A stretch of 64,000 nucleotides of DNA from Camelus dromedarius (taxonomy: Eukaryota). Positions 51,860 to 64,000 of the stretch are shown one piece after another (within the stretch, counting starts at the first letter, position 1; each line of letters opens with the position of its first letter). The stretch covers positions 15,066,001 to 15,130,000 of the forward strand of contig NC_087436.1 of the NCBI RefSeq assembly GCF_036321535.1, in the 5' to 3' direction. The notes beneath the pieces were generated by a model. The model made no database searches. It saw only the letters and a list, made by a program, of their open reading frames with translations, and was not told the DNA's origin. Made by a program: the position numbers and the translations under genes.

Positions 51860-52505
51860 TTCCCTAGCTCCCCAGCTCGAGTCCCTGCACCTCTGTCCCC
51901 ACCTCCTCCCGATCAGATTCCACACATGTTCCAATCTCGTTGGGTTTCCCTTGGCTTGTTATCTTAGATTCCTAAGTGGTCTCCCAGCTTCAAGAACTGT
52001 TCTTTTCTCCAGACATCCTCCAGCATGATCTATGAAAGCACATGTTAAGCCATGTCGCTGTCTTGTTTAAAACCTTTGATGGAGTTCATATCACCTACTG
52101 ATTGGAGTTCCAGCCTCTTGGAAGGGCACATCCACCCTTCCGCCATCCAGCTTCTACCTCCTTCTCTTGTCCCATTTCTTGCAACTCTAGTCACATGAAG
52201 CAAGCCATGCTGTTTCCATGTAACTTTGATGTTCTTGCTCTTCTCTCTGCCTAGAATGTCCTCCCCACCATCTTAAAAATATAACCTGGTTTGACACATT
52301 CTTCAACTTCAGCTCACCTTCTGCAGAAAGTCTTCCATCCTTCCCATCCTGGGTTGAAAACCTCTCCTCCATGCGCTCATGGCAACCTCAGCAGATTATG
52401 CTGATGTCATCTCATCAATTCCCCAAGTGCAAGGCCAAGTTTTATTCATTGCTGAGCCTCGCACCATGCTGGGCACAGAGTCGATATTCAAAAACTGTGT
52501 ATGAA
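51860..52505 (+). mobile_element. L2 fragment
   Basis: cctaagtggtctcccagcttc...tgtttaaaacctttgatgg...ctctgcctagaatgtcctcccc...gctgggcacagagt. Confidence 0.65.
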
Positions 52506-53650
52506 CCTAACTGCACTGAAGCCTGGTGGGAACCCCAACACCACTAGGGAGCCCAGCCCTCTCTCCTGCCTCCCTGACTATCAGGATCCTAGTCTTCTGG
52601 GGATGTCCAGCCACCCACTCACCAGATTAGTGTATCAGACTGGTGCACCTCCTTACATGTGGGGACATAGACCACAGGTTTGTGTTCTGTGGCAGCTTCA
52701 TGGGCAGGGGTCCCATCCACTCCCAGCCTTTCCTCCCTATCAATTCCTGCCCACAAAACAAGCCCATGGAGACACTGAGCCACATCCTTCACACGGTCCA
52801 GGCAGAGGATACCTCTGGCCAGGGTCCCACATCTAGCAAACGAGCATCACTGCTTACAAAAGATTAGAAAGGCAGTGGTGATGGTTCAGCATGCTCTCTA
52901 CATGAACAACAACTTTAAAATAGATTCTCTCCTGGGAGGGGATCAGAAGCCTCATTTACATACATGAATAACAACACATTAATATGGCGCCTTGCTGGGT
53001 AATTCGGTTCCAATTTTCTTGCATCACAGTAATGAAGGTTCCAAAGGCACCCCTAAAACTCCAAACGCCTCACAGTCCTGTCACTCCTGTGCGCTGATCC
53101 TGATGAGGAAGGCTGGTAGTGAGGGAAGGTATTTCCTTGCTTCGGTGACACTCTTCTCCCGCACTAATGTCTTAGAGCCATAAAAGCACATTGTATTCTC
53201 AAGGCTTGTCTGATCCTATTTCTTTGTAAATTGGATTAAGCTCTTTACTGTGTATTACTGATATTAAAAAAGAATGAATTCACGTCTTGCAAACCCAGCA
53301 AAAAAGCAATCACTCCCATGGCAAGGAAGTCATTGGCCAGCATCCACAAGAACCCAATTTTAACTTTCGAGCCCAGTCAGCAGGCAAAGATGCTGGCTGA
53401 TGGCGGGGTCAGCCCCAGGCAACACCGTGAGCTGGGTAATGTGCGCTGTCAGCATCTCAGGTCTCCATCATTTTCTTGCTCTCCTCCCTATCCTCTTTCA
53501 GTGCCTCTCCAACCCACTCCATCCTCTTCAACCTTCTAGATCGCTTCACACCTCCTAGAGAAAACAGCCTGGACATGAAGGTTCGGGATGGAAGTGGTGT
53601 GACCCGGGTGACATGGTTTATGAAGTGCTGTACATGAATAACAGCAACAC

Positions 53651-53884
53651 AGGTGGGAAGAGATAAATTGGGAAGTCGGGATTTGCAGATACTAACGACT
53701 ATATATAAAACAGATGAACAACAAGGTTCTACTGTAAAGCACAAGGAACTATGTTAAATATCTTGTAGTAATCAATAACGAAAAGGAATATATGTATGTA
53801 TCTGTATGACTGAAACATGATGCTGTACACCAGAAATTGACACAACATTGTAAACTGGCTGTATTTCAATTAAAAAAAAAAAAA
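53651..53884 (+). mobile_element. L1 3' end, same family as 27848-28594
   Basis: gataaattgggaagtcgggatttgcagatac...gctgtacaccagaaattgacacaacattgtaaac plus A tail. TSD gaataacag(c/t)a(a/t)cac at 53636-53650 and 53885-53899. Confidence 0.92.
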
Positions 53885-54043
53885 GAATAACAGTATCACC
53901 TTGTGTGTGAACTGTGTCTACACTTTGTAAAGCCCTCTGGTCTCAGGGGCACAGAAACTCTTATTAAGGGTTAACTTGTATCCCTACCCCCTTCTCCCCT
54001 CAGCTTCTCTACTTTTTAGAAGATGATCTTGGTGGTAGAGAAC

Positions 54044-54047
<4 letters not shown>

Positions 54048-54077
<30 letters not shown>
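54048..54077. repeat. (CA)n microsatellite
   Basis: Directly visible. Confidence 0.95.
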
Positions 54078-54080
<3 letters not shown>

Positions 54081-54269
54081 CAAAGGATGAAGACATGAAG
54101 GTTAAAATTTCCAGGCTTCAGGGGAGCCATGATTTGGGGGAGACTCTAGAGAAGAGCCTGGGGTAGTTTCCTGCATGTCTCAAATTGCCAGAAGGCAGTG
54201 GCTCCAGATCTAGCCCTTTTGAGAACTGTAAACGATTGGGACCAATATAAGGGTGAAAGAAGGATGGAC

Positions 54270-54690
54270 TACTTTGGTATAACCTTCCTGTAATCTAAAC
54301 GTCCATATTAGGGGAAAGATTAAATAGTACACATCGATTAAAAGAGTAAGGTAGAACTATATGAACTGACGTGGAAAATTCTCCATTGAAAAAAGCAAGT
54401 CACTGAACAATGTAAGTATATAGTAGGGTCCCACTAATACACATTCATACATACACATGTTACCTATGTCTATATGTAGAATATGGATGTGACAACACAT
54501 GAAAAAGTTCAGGATGGATTCTCCCCCAACTATCCACAGTGATCAAGGATGGGGAGGCAGTGAGATCACCAGAAGACGGGGTAAGGGGGGACTTTCATTG
54601 TTTATTTTATTTACTTCTGTATTGTTGGACTTTGGGTTTACAAGGAACATGTATTAACAGTGTAATTCTTCGTTTTTTACAAAAACAAAA
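54270..54690 (+). mobile_element. Ancient L1M 3' end fragment
   Basis: ggtagaactatatgaactgacgtggaaa...aaaaaagcaagtcactgaacaat...gggggactttc. Confidence 0.5.
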
Positions 54691-55928
54691 AGATATTCCC
54701 ACATCAAGAGAAATTAAACTGGTCCCCGAGTAGTCAGACATTTAAGGAGGGCAGTTTGGACTGTGGCATGACGGTCAGTGCCCCTGGGTAGTGTCCCCAG
54801 GTGAATGGCCATGCAGGAGGCTCAGGTCAGCTGAGCACTTGTCTGTAATCTGCACACCCCCACTGTGCCCAGAAGGTCTCGTAACTCCGAATCCGGGTAG
54901 GAAATTCCAGCTAAGCCCCGACGACTTGCTGGTACTGTATCTGCCTGGAATACCAGACTCCAGCTGTTCCTCCTAATAGAATTCACCCTGAGAGTCAAGG
55001 AATGAAAATATTTTGCACTTCTTGCTGTGGCACCTGGGTAAACACAGACATTTGCATAGTTACCTGACTAATGATCTTGCTTTAAGGTTGTTTTTCAAAG
55101 GAGCGTGAGAGGAAGGTTATCACAGAAATTGTAACTTCACTTAAGAAAATGCCGTTGGTTTTTAATCAAACGTGCAGAAAATGCCAATCTTACAGTCTGT
55201 GTGTCTGTTTCTCGCCTATATCCAGCGCAGGTGGAAATTCTGGTTGATGGCCCTCAGGGATGTGCCTGTCAATCTTGCCGCCTACGCCACATCTCCATCT
55301 CTGCTCTCCCTGCTGTGCTGTCTCCGGGCTGAGTCTGAAACTTCTGCTTCTCTGTGAAGGGAATTTGGCCTGAGCTACCGCAGAGTCAGGCTGTTCTTGC
55401 CTCTGGCCCAGGTTCTCTTCCTAGTCGGGAGAGCAGAGGTCTCTCTAGCACCAGTGGGACGAAGCTACTCACCCCCAGTGTGAAATACCTTCTGAAAAGT
55501 TCTGTACTTCCCTCCTGAAACCCAGAGCAGGCCACCTATTGTTTCTCCTCGAGGCTCTGGGAAGCCACTGGCTACAAACACAAGTGTTCTATTGTCAGAG
55601 CCTTGCCATGGGCAGTCCGGAGCCCAATAGTAAGGGTCATCGCCATGGGGTCCCCAAGAAAGGCAGAGGGAGAGGTTTGCCCTGGCTGCAAGGAATAAGG
55701 GGGTGAATTGTCTGTAGAGATTTTGCAATGATACAACGAACTAAAAGTTGGTCTGCTTCGTGTTATCATCCAACCAGTAATTCCAAATGATGTTGGAGAG
55801 AAAACCCGCATTCTTGCCGGGGTGCCCCACTGCCACGTCCCATGGTACAACCATGCCAGGAGCCTCACAGCCACTGTGGTCAAGCAGGTGAGGTCTGGAG
55901 TCAGACACCAAAGTTAGAATCCTAAACC

Positions 55929-56050
55929 AGAGGGGAGGGTCTAGCTCAGTGGTGGAGCGCATGTCTAGCATGCATGAGATCCTGGGTTCAATCCCCAGTA
56001 CCTCTGCTAAAAAAATAAATAAATCTAATTACCTCCCCTGCCCAAAAATA
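55929..56050 (+). mobile_element. Camelid tRNA-Ala-derived SINE (Vic-1 type), first monomer
   Basis: ggggagggtctagctcagtggtggagcgcatgtctagcatgcatgagatcctgggttcaatccccagtacctc...ctaattacctcccc. Confidence 0.92.
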
Positions 56051-56176
56051 TTGAATAAGTGAGTTAAACCTTATAAATATAATCTAATTCATAAGATTGT
56101 TTTAAGAACTAAGTGAGACAGTGTGCTGCTAGGTGTTTTGTAAACTGTAAAGTATTGTAAAAAAAAATTTTTTAAT

Positions 56177-56328
56177 GAGGAGGAAGGGTATAGCTCAATG
56201 GTAGAGCGTATGCTTAGCATGTGTGAAGTCCTGGGTTCAATTCCCAGTACCTCCATTAAGTAAACAAACAAACAAACAAACCTAATTACCTTCCCCCATT
56301 AAAAAAAAAACATACAAAACAAACAAAA
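56177..56328 (+). mobile_element. Camelid tRNA-Ala-derived SINE (Vic-1 type), second monomer
   Basis: ggaagggtatagctcaatggtagagcgtatgcttagcatgtgtgaagtcctgggttcaattcccagtacctcca...cctaattaccttcccc plus A-rich tail. Confidence 0.92.
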
Positions 56329-57700
56329 AGAATCTTAAACCCATCGCTTACTGGTTCTGTGAACTTGGCAAGTTACTTAACATCTCTGAGCCTCAGTTCC
56401 CTCTCTTGGAAAAGATTAATAAGAAATGTTAATATTTCCTAGGATCATTGTGAAGACGCAATGAGATAAACTCTGTGAAGACTCTTGGTAAATGGTAAAG
56501 TGATGTAGAAATGTCTTCTTATCTGTAGTTAAAATTAAGTTTGCGCTCGAGGCTCCCCACACGTGGAGGGCGTGTTCACGTTTACACACGTTGTGCTCTC
56601 CTTATGCAAGGCCTGCGCCCTTCTGTCCCTCTGCCTCTCACCCCTCTTCATCCCTGCAATCCATATCTCTCACATCACCCCAGCTGCCAGTTCAAAGAAA
56701 ACCACAATTTCTTCTTAAATCCAAATTAAGTTGGCCAAAGGCCCTACCTGACCAGATATGCTATGAGAGCTGTCTTTTCCTGGATTTTTCCCTCTCAAGG
56801 ATCCCAAAGGGTCACCTTCACATCCTCATGAACCAGTTCCCCTTGCCACTTACCTGCTGGCACCCACCAGGGGCTCAGATACCCCCTCAAAGCTGGATTC
56901 TCTCACCGTGGGCCAGGGTCACCCTTGGGTCTGTGGCTGGCTGAGGGCTTGGTGCTGCTGACAGTCTTGCTAGAGAAATAGATGCCCCACTCAGAGCAAC
57001 CCCCACGGTGCTCCTTTTCTCAGTGTCCAGCCAGATGCCAAGCCAGCCAGGGCTGGTGGTGCAGCACGCATGGCAAAACTGTCCACGCTCTGAGGGCAGG
57101 GCTCTGAGCATTCCTGTCTTCAGGTGACATTGACCGTCATTTCTAAGGTCAGCCCATGGGGATGGGCCCCTGGGTCAGAGAGGTTCCAGCACCATTCCCT
57201 TCCTTTCACCCAGGCTGTGGGATTGGTTCCAGGTTGTTAGTCTAGATCCTCCCCACCCGCCGCTTATGTTGAATGTATGACTTAGAGCAATAAGTAGTTT
57301 TGTGCAAGATTTCAAAATGACCCTCTGTCCCTGACTGGTGCCCTGATGCACAGTCCCATGTTATGAGACCTCAATGCATGGAAACCTGGTCTACTTTCAA
57401 CACAACTTGGCCATCGATATGCCAAGCCCCTGGGAAATTGATATGCTAGGAATTGTCAACATCCCTGAGACATCGCTGGGGTTTGGTCCAGAACCTGGCG
57501 AACCCACGGGGTATGAGCCAGCCTCTGCGTCTCATATTCACTGAAGCAAAGGAAACCTGACTGTCACTCAGCCAACAATTAACTACTGGAGGACAAGGAG
57601 TCAGAATTTGTCCTTTAGAACTACCTTGGGCTGTCATATTTGCTTCTTTAAATAGGTGTTCCTCATAGCTAGACGGGAAAGAAAACTTTTTTGGGGCCAC

Positions 57701-58090
57701 TGGTATGGGCTGAATAGTATCTCCCCCAAACACTCACATGTGCCTCAGAATATGACCGTATTTGGAGACAGGGTCTTTAATTAAGGCTAAATGAGGTCAT
57801 TAGGATGGGCCCTAAGCCAGTATCATTGGGGTCCTTATAAGAAGAGGAAGTTTGAACACAGGCACATACTAAGGGAAGACACTGTGAAGACACAGGGGGA
57901 AGATGACCGTCTACAAACCGAGGAGAGAGGCCTGGAACAGATCCTTCCCTCAGGGCCCCCAGAAAGGACCAACCCCTCAGGCACCTTGCTCTCAGCCTTC
58001 TGGCCTCCAGAACTTGGAGAAGATCAATCCCTGTTGTTTGAGCCCCCGGTCTATGGTATTTTGCTACTGCAGCCCTAGCAAACTAGTACA
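57701..58090 (+). mobile_element. MaLR LTR, MLT1B-like
   Basis: tggtatgggctgaat...ggagacagggtcttta...ttctggcctccagaact...gcagccctagcaaactagtaca. TSD gccac / gcccc. Confidence 0.9.
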
Positions 58091-61034
58091 GCCCCTCAGC
58101 ATGTAGAAGAAGAAGAGGAAGAAGAGGGAGGAGGAGGAGAGGAAGGAGAAGAAGAAGGAAACCCATGGAGCAGGTGGGCATTTGCCCAAGTCTCTCTCCT
58201 GGACCCACTTCCCGGCCATCTGGTTGACCCAGAGTGCCAGCCAGATTAACCCAGGCCACAGTTCTTCCTTCAATCCCCTAAACACTGATAGTCTCGGTTT
58301 CTCATTCTTAATAGTAGATCTTCCCCACAACCACAGGGAATATGAAGCAAGACCCCTGACACATCAGATGGGAGTCAGGGTGTGATTTACCAGCAAGGCA
58401 GTTGAGGGTGATGATTGCTCTCTCTCGTTGGTGCCTAAGCTTTGTCAAGGTCCAACTGCTAGATGTGAGCTGTTCCAGACAGTTGCAATCAAAGAAACCA
58501 GCTTGGAAACAAACGAGAAAAGACTTGTCCAGAGACAGGGGGCTGTGTGCCGCTGTTCTCTGTTTTTAAAAATGGCACAGAAAAATGGTGCAGAACCTTG
58601 AGTCAGAAGGAGAGAAGCTCTTCCAAGAATGCTGCCACGAGGGAAGGGGCACCTACAACCCACCTTTTCCGACCTACCCAGACTTGCGTCTTCAACTGGC
58701 CCAATACCTGCACAGGTAACTGGTCCAAAGAACAAGGACTCCTTTGGATCTGGTGCTTTTTCAATATTTCACTTTTTTTTAATAAAGAACAGTATAAAGC
58801 TGAAACGATTTTGGGTTCACACCCACTGTCTGTGGAACAGCTTGGAGCTGACAAGCTTAGCTCGTTGAGATGGTCTGGGATGCGCTCTGACGCTGCCCAC
58901 ACAGAGAAGCCTGGTGCCTGCCGAGCCCAGGGAGATCTGGGTTTTGCAAACAGCTCCTGTCTCCCCTCTCCCATCAGTCTGGGCTGTCCGTTGCTGTCTT
59001 TCCCAGGTCAAGAGGGGCCATCCTTGCCTGGCCCCTCACTCCCAGCTCTCAGGTTCAGCCAAGTGCATGGCTTTGCCTCTTTGGGTAAGTCCTTGGAGCC
59101 CCACGCCTGCTTCCCCTCCTCTCTCCCTTGGTTACACATTGCTGGTATTTTTACATCTCTGAGCAGGCTGCCACCCCGGCTTGCTTCTCCTCACAGGCTC
59201 ACTTCCTGCCGGCTCTTCTGCTCCCTCTTCTCTGATAACCAACTCGCTCAGACAGAGCAGGCCTTAGGTAACACGCCTCCCCCACGCTCCCAGCAAGGGG
59301 GGCTTCCAAGCCCGCCTGAAGCACAGACATCTACCTATTCCACTTGCAGGAGCCAGCACCGCGAAGGGCTCCCTGGCACCTCTCCAAGGCCGAGAGATCT
59401 GCAGAGGCACAAGATGACATGAGCGCCATTCTCCCCGGCACCTTAGCCATCCCTGCCTCTTCTACCTGGCCGGAGATTACGTGAGCCATTGTCACATAAG
59501 TGTCGTTTAATCTCTTCCCGGAGGTTTCAGCTGGCTCTAAATTGTTTTGGCTAATAAAAACTAAGGAGATTTGCAGGAAACTCCAGATGCATTTGAACAC
59601 TTTGGGGGATTGCACAGCCTGAAGGCAGATGAAACTTAACTCAAATAAACATAAGGCAATGTGCGTTGTCATGAGTAATCTAAGACATGCGCGGACGTCT
59701 GGAGGCTCCAAATTTGCAGCCGCCTCTGCAGAAGGAGATCTGGGAGTAGCTCCTAATGGGTGAAGTGGGCAGAGCCGCCAAAAAGTGTCCCAGGGTAACC
59801 CAGTCTTGACAAGGAGACCTGGGTCTCATCTTGTACAGACTCCATCAATGACTTCAGAACCTCACTCCCTGATTTCTCGTGCGAAAGACAAAGGCGTGCT
59901 TTTCAGATGCAGGTGAGGCTGGGAGGGTGCGGCGCATCCCTTGTAGAGAAGTGCATGTCACTGTTTGGCTGTATTTACTGCTGAGTGCCCAGGCCTGGAA
60001 GGTGCCAGGGTATCTGCACCTGCTCTTTAACCCCCAGGGCCACGTTTAGGTGAGGAACCTGGTTTCGGATCATAGCTGCCCAGGCCCCCATCTCAGTCAC
60101 TTCCCTACTTTCTTACATAAAAATCACTGAAAAGCTGCATTTTAGTATCTTATATATACGAGATATAAAGCAGACTTGAGTTCCAGAGGTGAACGGGGGA
60201 TTATATACATATATATACACAAAACAAATATGTATGTGTGCGTGTGCGCGCACACACACACTTGCTAATTATGATTTCTGCAGGCCTGTCTCCGTGTGGC
60301 CAACGGGACCCAGTAAATAGGTGAGTGATGTTACTGGCACTTCAGAGGCACCAGCCCATACAGGGCAGGAGGCTGGTACAGGTCTGCCAATCATACCTTT
60401 GTCCTAGCCACCGACCCTCCTCTAGCAGGCTGGCGCTGATTTCTGGAAATGGGAGGGAGAACTGACCTGTTTCCACCCTCTTGCAGGTGGAGTTACTAGG
60501 GCCTCACCTAGCTCCACTACCTTCCCTCCCCCTCAAGACCCTGCAGAAAAGGAGCGAGACACCAAAAGGGGCTGTGGTTTGGGAGGGAGTTGGGGCCTGG
60601 AACATTCTCCCTCCCAGAAAGCAGTGAGAGACATTCCCATGCCCGGCAGTCCAGAGGCCCCAAGTGGCCTGGAGGAGAAAGGACGCCAGGGCCACAGCCC
60701 GGCCTTCAGGGTGGGGCAGGCCCACCCGGACGCCCAAGGTGCCATGGCTTGACATCATCATTATTCAACTGACAATACTGAAGACCCAACTGCGCACGTG
60801 AAGCAGGGTGCACAGGGGTCCCTGTGTGATGTGCAGAGCTTCTGGTTGTGTGAAAGGCAACCCCTGAAAACTCCGGGCTTCCTCCTCATCCTCCAGAGTG
60901 GAAGCCACCTCTCCTCTCCCACCATCAGCACCTACTCGGACTGCAGGCGCATGTCCCCAGGCTTGGTGGCAAGAAAAGCCACTTCCCAATTTCTCCGCTA
61001 CCCGGGTGCCACTGAAATGAGCCTGCCACTCTAT

Positions 61035-64000
61035 TGCAGGCTTTGGAAGGTCTTTTATTTCTAGGAATACAGGGTTAATACATTTGTGCATCAAATACTT
61101 CAACATGCCATTCCAGTCACTATGCGAGGCAGATAAAGATTTAGCAACCACCAGGGAAAAAGAAAGTGTACACAATTTACAGTGTCTGCAAAAATAAAAA
61201 CTAAAAAACCCCAAAAAACAAAGCAAATAGACTGCTCAGAAGAGTGATTTGTCTCAGGACTAACTAAACAGGAATTTACCTGCAAAGCAGATGGATTCTG
61301 AGTGATGTCACAAACAGGGAATTGAGGGGTTCTTCTCAGACCGTGAGGTGTGCACGGGTCATGGGAGGAGCCGATGCAGACTGTCTAGGGTGGAGCTGAG
61401 ATGCTGCGCCTCTAGTGGGCTCTCCTGTGTTGTTAAGGCTGCTCTGCTGCTGGTCCTCAGATCACATATTGAGTCAGAAGGCTTTAGGCCACATCATGTG
61501 TCATCTATGAAATTTCAGCGCTGGCCAGTGGCATCACAATTCAACTCTAGCAGAGTGGCAGGTGGGAGGCTAACCTGACGCCCCTGTCGCCAGCTCCTGC
61601 CAACCTGGCTGGACCCACAATTCGTTTTCAGAAAAGCTAGAACAACGGCAGATTGAATACGTTTTTTAAAATTCTTTGTAAATATCATTTATCTCAGCCT
61701 AACTTGTTATAATACCAGGTGGCTATAAACTCAAGATGTTTCTCTCCAACAAACACCTGGAAAGCTGCGGTTGCCACTAGAACACAGGGCCATCTGCCTT
61801 GGCAGATGTCAGCCTCCTCCTGCGAAGCCATGGAGCCTGGAAAGGATGTGGCCTCAGGTGAGAAGGACGGAGGTGTGAGCAGGACGAGGAGTGAGAAGGG
61901 ACTTCCCAGGGGAAGAGAGGAGCTGTGCCAAGTCCCCAAGGCAGGAGGAAGGGCAGAGTGTGGAGGAGATGCTGCTTGCCGGACGGACCTGGGCATGGCC
62001 GCTTCCCTCCTCTCCTTCACTCTCCACTCCAAAGTCCCCCCTCAGGCCACCCCATGGCAAACAGCCTCCTCCTGCACCTGCCAGGCTCGCTGCCCCCTTA
62101 CCCTGCTTCACCGCATCCATCACCACTGGAGATCCCATCAGAGAGTTGAAGAAAGTACTTTGGAAGTGGAAGACCTGGCAAATGCAAGGCCCTGAGGCCA
62201 GTGGGAGCTGCAGGAATTGGGGCAAGTGTCCAGAAGGGCCACTGGAGAGGACACTGTGGACCACGAGCTGTGGCATGGCAGCTACCCGAGCTGAGCGGCA
62301 CCCAGCAGTGAACACCTGTTTCTCGCTGCACATCCTGGGGTCGGCTAGGGTGGCAGCTCCAGGTGTGTCCTTCTGGGGCCCAGGCTGCTTGCAGCACCAG
62401 GTCCTGGGGTCCATCCTTGTGCCAGTGATGGTGGAGGTCCACTCCCATCCCCCAGCCAGAGCACATCACGTGACCACGTCAAAGTCACAGGGCAGGAGGA
62501 CTCCACTGCCAAGGCCAGGCTGTGGCAGGACATGGCTATCCTGTTTCCATGTCTCAGGGACAGGAAAACGGGGCCATTGATTCATTCTATCACACGGCAA
62601 GTGGGATGGGGCAGCCACCGTGTGAGGGAGAAGGCATTGGGCAGAGGAGTGACACAGGACGGGTGTACACTTTTTGAAGTTCTCTCTGGCTCTTGCATGA
62701 CTCATACATAGACCAGGGGGCCAGGGTGGAGACTGAGAGACCCTGGCAGGATACATTCTCCGGTGAGGCCCTGCCGTGTGCTCCACGGCTGGAATAGAGG
62801 AGAAGCAGACAACTCAGGTCCTGCCTCACGGACCCCTGCGTGTACTGCCAGCACCAGCGGGGACGGGACGAACTGGATGAAAGGCAGAGAGAGAAAGCAG
62901 GAGCCTCCCACCCCAGTGCGGGGTGGCCGGTGACGGCTGCTGGGAACGCCACAGGAGTGGAAACATCCACATGGACCAGATGCAGATAGAAAACTCCCTG
63001 ACGGTACTAAATGCGCGTGCAGTGATCAGAAGGAGAGCTAGAGGGGGTGGGGGAGGGGACAGTCTGCCTCATTTTAGCTGTAAAAATAAGGCAGCAGGAT
63101 GATGAGTCCAAGGAAGCTGGCTGGCTTCACACCCTCCAGGAAGAAAGGCAAGGGCTTCCCATCTCATCCCACCACACCTAAACCCTGCACATGTCCTGTC
63201 TCAGATCTCCCAATAGTGAGAGTAAAGGAGATGCTCTGAGAAAGCAGCCTTGGGAAAGCAGGTGGTTTTATAGAAGGAGCACACTGGAACCAGGAATTTC
63301 CAGCTGTGGAGAAGTGAACAAGCCATCAGAAGATGGCAAGCAGATGCTGTAGAAAATGTCAGACAGAGGGATTCCAGAACTGGGTAGGGCTGGGTGGGGG
63401 GGTTGCTCCCTTGAGATCCTACAAGGCAACTGGGGAGGGAGTCCTCTGGCTCCCGGGCAGTAGAATGAAACGAACCAGCGGCCATCTGGGCACACAAAAG
63501 CCCAGATCAGACACCTTCTCTTCATAGAACCGGGGAAGTTTACAAAAGGAAAGCATTTTAAGGCCAAAAAGGAAACCTATGGTATTCAAAATTTCATATG
63601 AACATAAATAGCAAAAAATAAGTACATGTAACTAGAAAGGAAGTGTAAGCCATTAAATGGGTCAGAGCCAGTCACATAACTTCTTTCCAATGTAGTTTTT
63701 CGTCTTTATGCTGGGGAATTTGGACCAAATTACATTTTTACGTTCCTTTGATTTCTGAAATTCTAGGATTTGTAAAAGAATACCTTGCAAGAAACCCTGA
63801 AGAATGTCAAAAATAAAACCCAAGAAGGTGAAGGTGTCAATGGAATGCAGCAAGGAATGAAAAAGGAAATAGAAAAGAAATTGTCCCACTGCCTTGCCGT
63901 GTCCTCTGCCAGGGAAGATATGTGCCCTTGAAACGGACAGGTCAGAGCATTCAGTAACATTGTAGTAAGTGCACAGGATGTTCTAGTCCTAACTGGCCAA
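61035..64000 (-). other. Probable distal 3' UTR of an unidentified minus-strand gene; any coding part lies beyond the window
   Basis: ~3 kb with no recognisable repeats. On the minus strand, U-rich tracts and four UGUA elements precede AATAAA (61054-61059), with an AU-rich block near 63590-63640. Confidence 0.6.
61054..61059 (-). terminator. Candidate polyadenylation signal AATAAA
   Basis: Minus strand reads ...tgtaaattgtgtacac...aatgtattaaccctgtattcctagaAATAAAagaccttccaaagcctgca. Confidence 0.6.

Larger units (their letters stand above)
55875..56490 (+). mobile_element. MIR split by the composite SINE insertion at 55929-56328
   Basis: Left arm gtggtcaag...tctggagtcagac; right arm cttactggttctgtgaacttggcaagttacttaacatctctgagcctcagtt...atgagataa. 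Confidence 0.8.

Noticed and set aside
55929..56255. tRNA-Ala(AGC)-like genes (also at ~30223 and ~11190-11265)
   Set aside because: They have disrupted stems, the SINE-specific CCTAATTAC tail and A-rich ends, and most have TSDs, so they are SINE heads rather than tRNA genes.
58547..59422. 291-aa ORF, the longest in the window
   Set aside because: Non-ATG start, Ser/Pro/Leu-rich composition typical of GC-rich non-coding DNA, and no recognisable homology or exon structure.
61694..62970. Dense overlapping ORFs on both strands
   Set aside because: Expected from stop-poor GC-rich sequence, and the region is better explained as 3' UTR.
1..64000. CRISPR array, operon, or prokaryotic/viral defence system
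   Set aside because: The sequence is eutherian repeat-rich non-coding DNA, with no regularly spaced repeat-spacer array, no dense gene-like ORFs and no retroviral gag/pol/env interior.

Overview
Mammalian genomic DNA, very probably camelid (camel, alpaca or llama). It carries four copies of a tRNA-Ala-derived SINE with the CCTAATTACC-tail typical of the camelid Vic-1 family, plus cetartiodactyl-type L1 3' ends, and I saw no Alu, Bov-tA, PRE-1 or SINEC. The window is essentially non-coding and I cannot support any protein-coding CDS; the six-frame ORFs look like chance ORFs or L1 remnants. It is a mosaic of L1, L2, MIR, MaLR/ERV LTRs and hAT transposons, separated by repeat-free blocks that may be enhancers. 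The right end (~61.0-64.0 kb) looks like the distal 3' UTR and poly(A) site of an unidentified minus-strand gene. There is a weaker candidate plus-strand terminal exon at ~5.6-7.56 kb. I found no evidence of a new multi-gene biological system. The best observations concern retrotransposition mechanics: a SINE-spacer-SINE composite inside one TSD, a tail-less internal L1 ORF2 fragment inside a perfect 15-bp TSD, a short L1 3' transduction, a triplicated TSD and two 5'-inverted L1s. Also notable are a MER41-like solo LTR with an altered STAT/NF-kB motif and some perfect hairpins. Repeat family names come from recalled consensus sequences, not a database search, and boundaries without TSD support are approximate.
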